Shown: positions 56,072 through 58,105 of the stretch, one piece after another
Layout: the number at the start of each line of letters is the position of its first letter
Position numbering within the stretch: the stretch's first letter is position 1
Virus record (IMG/VR): IMGVR_UViG_3300037991_001062
Coordinates: 1-58,105 of that record
Source: a virus
Lineage: Duplodnaviria > Caudoviricetes
Length of the DNA stretch: 58,105 bases
Reading direction: 5' to 3' (one strand)
Position numbers and translations under genes: made by a program
The notes under the pieces: model-generated
The model's input: only the letters and a program-made list of their open reading frames with translations
Databases searched by the model: none
What the model was told of the DNA's origin: nothing

Positions 56072-56079
56072 CAAAATTA
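56072..56079 (-). promoter_or_regulatory. Bacteroidota primary-sigma -7 box (TAnnTTTG) upstream of the scaffold-capsid operon
   Basis: The minus strand reads TAATTTTG-CAAAGAT-ATG in the intergenic gap. Confidence 0.55.
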
Positions 56080-56106
56080 TAATTATTATGTTAAATTTTA
56101 TAGTTC

Positions 56107-58105
56107 CTATTCTGTTTCCTTACGCGTTTTATTATATAGCACTTTATAGCTATTCACTAATTTCCTGTACTCACTTCTAGTATATACTTTATCATTTTCA
56201 ACATGATAGTACAGATTATCTTTATCTGTCTTACCAGATGATGATCTTCCATAAGGACTATGATGTAGTGATACATGACCTTTACCTGGTTTTTTATTTG
56301 CATTACTATCTCCAAAAACTATATCACCACTAAATCTTTCTCCAGTCTCAAGATCATAAGCTATCCCTTTATCATCAAACCTTAGTTGATCCACAGTTCT
56401 TGCTGCTGTTTGAAGTTGATCTACTAAAGGATCATTTTTCTGAATTATAGTACTGTCACTTTTTGTAGAAAGTCCACCATCTTCCATTCTATTTCTAGCA
56501 GATGCTTTTGATTCAGCTATTGTTTTGTCATATTTATCTGCGGCCTTTTTAAATGCCTCTGCAGACTTCTTAGCCAGATCAATTGTAGTTCCTAGTGCTC
56601 TTGCTTCTGGCGTACTCTTAAGAGCTTCATTAACAAATTTTAATGTATCTTCTAACGCTGTGTCATCCCCGGTTGTTAATTCTTTAACTGCTCTTGGATC
56701 ATTTTTAAGTGCATCAAATACTTGTTGCGGTGTTGTTACTCCTAATGCTGTATACTTAGATTGATCTAGTCCAAAAGCTTTACATGTTTGATCTGCACAG
56801 TTATTAAATAAAAAATTATAATCACCTTTTTGAGCTGCATCCAAGTAAGTTTCTAAATCTTTTTTATTTAAGTTTAAAACAGTTGTTTCAACACCTGGAG
56901 CATAATTACGCTCTGGGCTATAATAGACTCTTTGATTTCCTTCAGGCCATGGATTTAATTCCTTTGTTACATTACCATACTCTTCTGGCAAATCCTCTAC
57001 ATTTAATATTCTAGACTCAATATGGCCAGGCGGCATATTTTTATAACCAAGTGGATATTTAATTACTTCTACTTGATATTGCTGAGAATCAGAATCTTTC
57101 ATACCACCCTCTTCAAAATTTTTCATAGGAGGCATATGCTCTTGTTTCATAAATCTTTGTAAAGACTGAGACATTGTTGGTTTAGAGTCAGGATCAGGTA
57201 AGTTAGCAAAACCTCCAGCTCTTTTAAATCTAGTAATACCAGGATCATAATCTGGTCTATATCTTTGAGGATCACCTCCCACAGTTCCTTGATTATACAT
57301 AGGAAAATTATATTGTCCTATAGTAGGCTTCCTAGTAACCATGTCATATTGATCCATACCATATCTATCAGCTAATTGATTCACTGCACTATTTGGTGAG
57401 TTGTGAGTATGATATTCATAATCAAACCTAGAACTATAATTAGAAGCATCAGGATAACTCCCTTCTTTAATAGCCCTACGTAGTCTATCTACTTGTGTAA
57501 TACCTTGTCCTATAAAGTTCTGCATAGGATGAACGGTATCATCATCTGCATGCGCATACTCTTCAAAGTACGTACTAAGAGTTTCTGATCTAGCCTTATC
57601 TCTCTGCGCTGAAGTAGGACCACGTTTTAGATTCTCTATCATTTGGGCCTTTCTAGCAGGATCACTTTCAAGATATTCTCTTTGACTTGGACGGTGGGGA
57701 CTATAACTATAAAGTTCACCACTACTGTGAAACTTTCTTAGATCTTCAGGCTTACCTAAATTCATATCTGTAACAATATTCTTGTCCCTATCAATCACAA
57801 CAAATTTATTAATATTACTTACGTTCTTTAAATTAGCAGCAAGTCCAGGACTATGAATGTTATCAGTTGCTGGATAATAATGCGCTCTAAAGTCTCCAAC
57901 ATCATCCATTTCATAATCATCCACAAAAGGTCTATCAAGAGGAGTATTGTATATTTGAGTTGTAGGATTTCTAGCAGCTAAATTTAAAGCATCTAGGTAA
58001 TGTATATCTTGCGTAACCCTTCTATCTCTTCCGACATCAATAGGTATAGTCTGTTTAGTGCCTTGTGGAGTCTCATATAAATCATATAACTTTTTCTGTG
58101 CTTGA
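56107..58105 (-). CDS. Polyvalent protein, 5'-truncated, with a zincin-like segment and a permuted papain-like (PPPDE/LRAT-type) peptidase domain
   Basis: The frame stays open from the tracked GTG at 57924 to the window end, so the start is outside the window. EEYAH...YEYHTH. GHIE (about 57016-57027) followed by GDYNFLFNNCADQT (about 56785-56826). Domains are separated by FEEGG, MEDGG and KRAGG. Confidence 0.7.
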   Translation of the reverse strand, partial: QAQKKLYDLYETPQGTKQTIPIDVGRDRRVTQDIHYLDALNLAARNPTTQIYNTPLDRPFVDDYEMDDVGDFRAHYYPATDNIHSPGLAANLKNVSNINKFVVIDRDKNIVTDMNLGKPEDLRKFHSSGELYSYSPHRPSQREYLESDPARKAQMIENLKRGPTSAQRDKARSETLSTYFEEYAHADDDTVHPMQNFIGQGITQVDRLRRAIKEGSYPDASNYSSRFDYEYHTHNSPNSAVNQLADRYGMDQYDMVTRKPTIGQYNFPMYNQGTVGGDPQRYRPDYDPGITRFKRAGGFANLPDPDSKPTMSQSLQRFMKQEHMPPMKNFEEGGMKDSDSQQYQVEVIKYPLGYKNMPPGHIESRILNVEDLPEEYGNVTKELNPWPEGNQRVYYSPERNYAPGVETTVLNLNKKDLETYLDAAQKGDYNFLFNNCADQTCKAFGLDQSKYTALGVTTPQQVFDALKNDPRAVKELTTGDDTALEDTLKFVNEALKSTPEARALGTTIDLAKKSAEAFKKAADKYDKTIAESKASARNRMEDGGLSTKSDSTIIQKNDPLVDQLQTAARTVDQLRFDDKGIAYDLETGERFSGDIVFGDSNANKKPGKGHVSLHHSPYGRSSSGKTDKDNLYYHVENDKVYTRSEYRKLVNSYKVLYNKTRKETE

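Noticed and set aside
4201-56764. Dozens of 60-150 aa plus-strand ORFs opposite the late genes
   Set aside because: They are antisense shadows of long real genes, with Ser/Leu/Phe-rich low-information translations and no motifs. They are expected from codon bias.
57922-57924. GTG start of the last ORF
   Set aside because: The frame has no stop up to base 58105, so the real start lies outside the window.
1-58105. Stop-codon reassignment (TAG or TGA), known in some Crassvirales
   Set aside because: Standard-code ORFs tile the window almost without gaps, including a 13.8-kb ORF. TAG (36712, 54943, 56107) and TGA (1731, 2243, 38219) act as real stops next to downstream starts.
1-58105. Prophage or host chromosome origin of the envelope genes
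   Set aside because: No integrase, att-like junction or housekeeping genes were seen. The envelope genes are co-oriented with, and overlap, flanking phage genes. Read mapping would still be needed to exclude a chimera.

Overview
Fragment of a large AT-rich tailed dsDNA phage genome with Crassvirales (crAss-like) architecture. The host is most likely a marine Flavobacteriales/Bacteroidota bacterium, inferred from T9SS-type C-terminal motifs, Q+1 signal peptides, TAnnTTTG promoter boxes and A-rich ribosome-binding regions without Shine-Dalgarno sequences. Bases 1-3478 (+) are the end of a DNA-metabolism block: rIIB-like, 5'-3' exonuclease, uracil-DNA glycosylase and a DUF1599/Nmad1-like gene. 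A bidirectional hairpin separates this block from a single minus-strand late block (3507-58105). Read from the right, the late block contains a partial polyvalent protein, an acidic scaffold-like protein, the major capsid protein, ring, hub and fibre proteins, an accessory envelope/lysis region, the tail stabilisation (muzzle) protein, cargo proteins, a 4615-aa virion RNA polymerase (DFDID) fused to an SF1 helicase and a zincin motif, and a 1590-aa zincin/PD-(D/E)XK protein. The standard genetic code fits, and no tRNA, CRISPR or mobile element was seen. Two features stand out. (1) A tightly coupled envelope cassette at 37755-43050 encodes a predicted outer-membrane beta-barrel, a membrane-anchored coiled coil, a secreted Cys-less thioredoxin fold, LamG- and Ig-like proteins, and a Cys-repeat protein with a type IX secretion C-terminal sorting domain. 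(2) A di-glycine motif recurs across putative cargo proteins, and a permuted papain-like (PPPDE/LRAT-type) peptidase domain lies in the same block. All family calls are by visual motif recognition; no database search was run.
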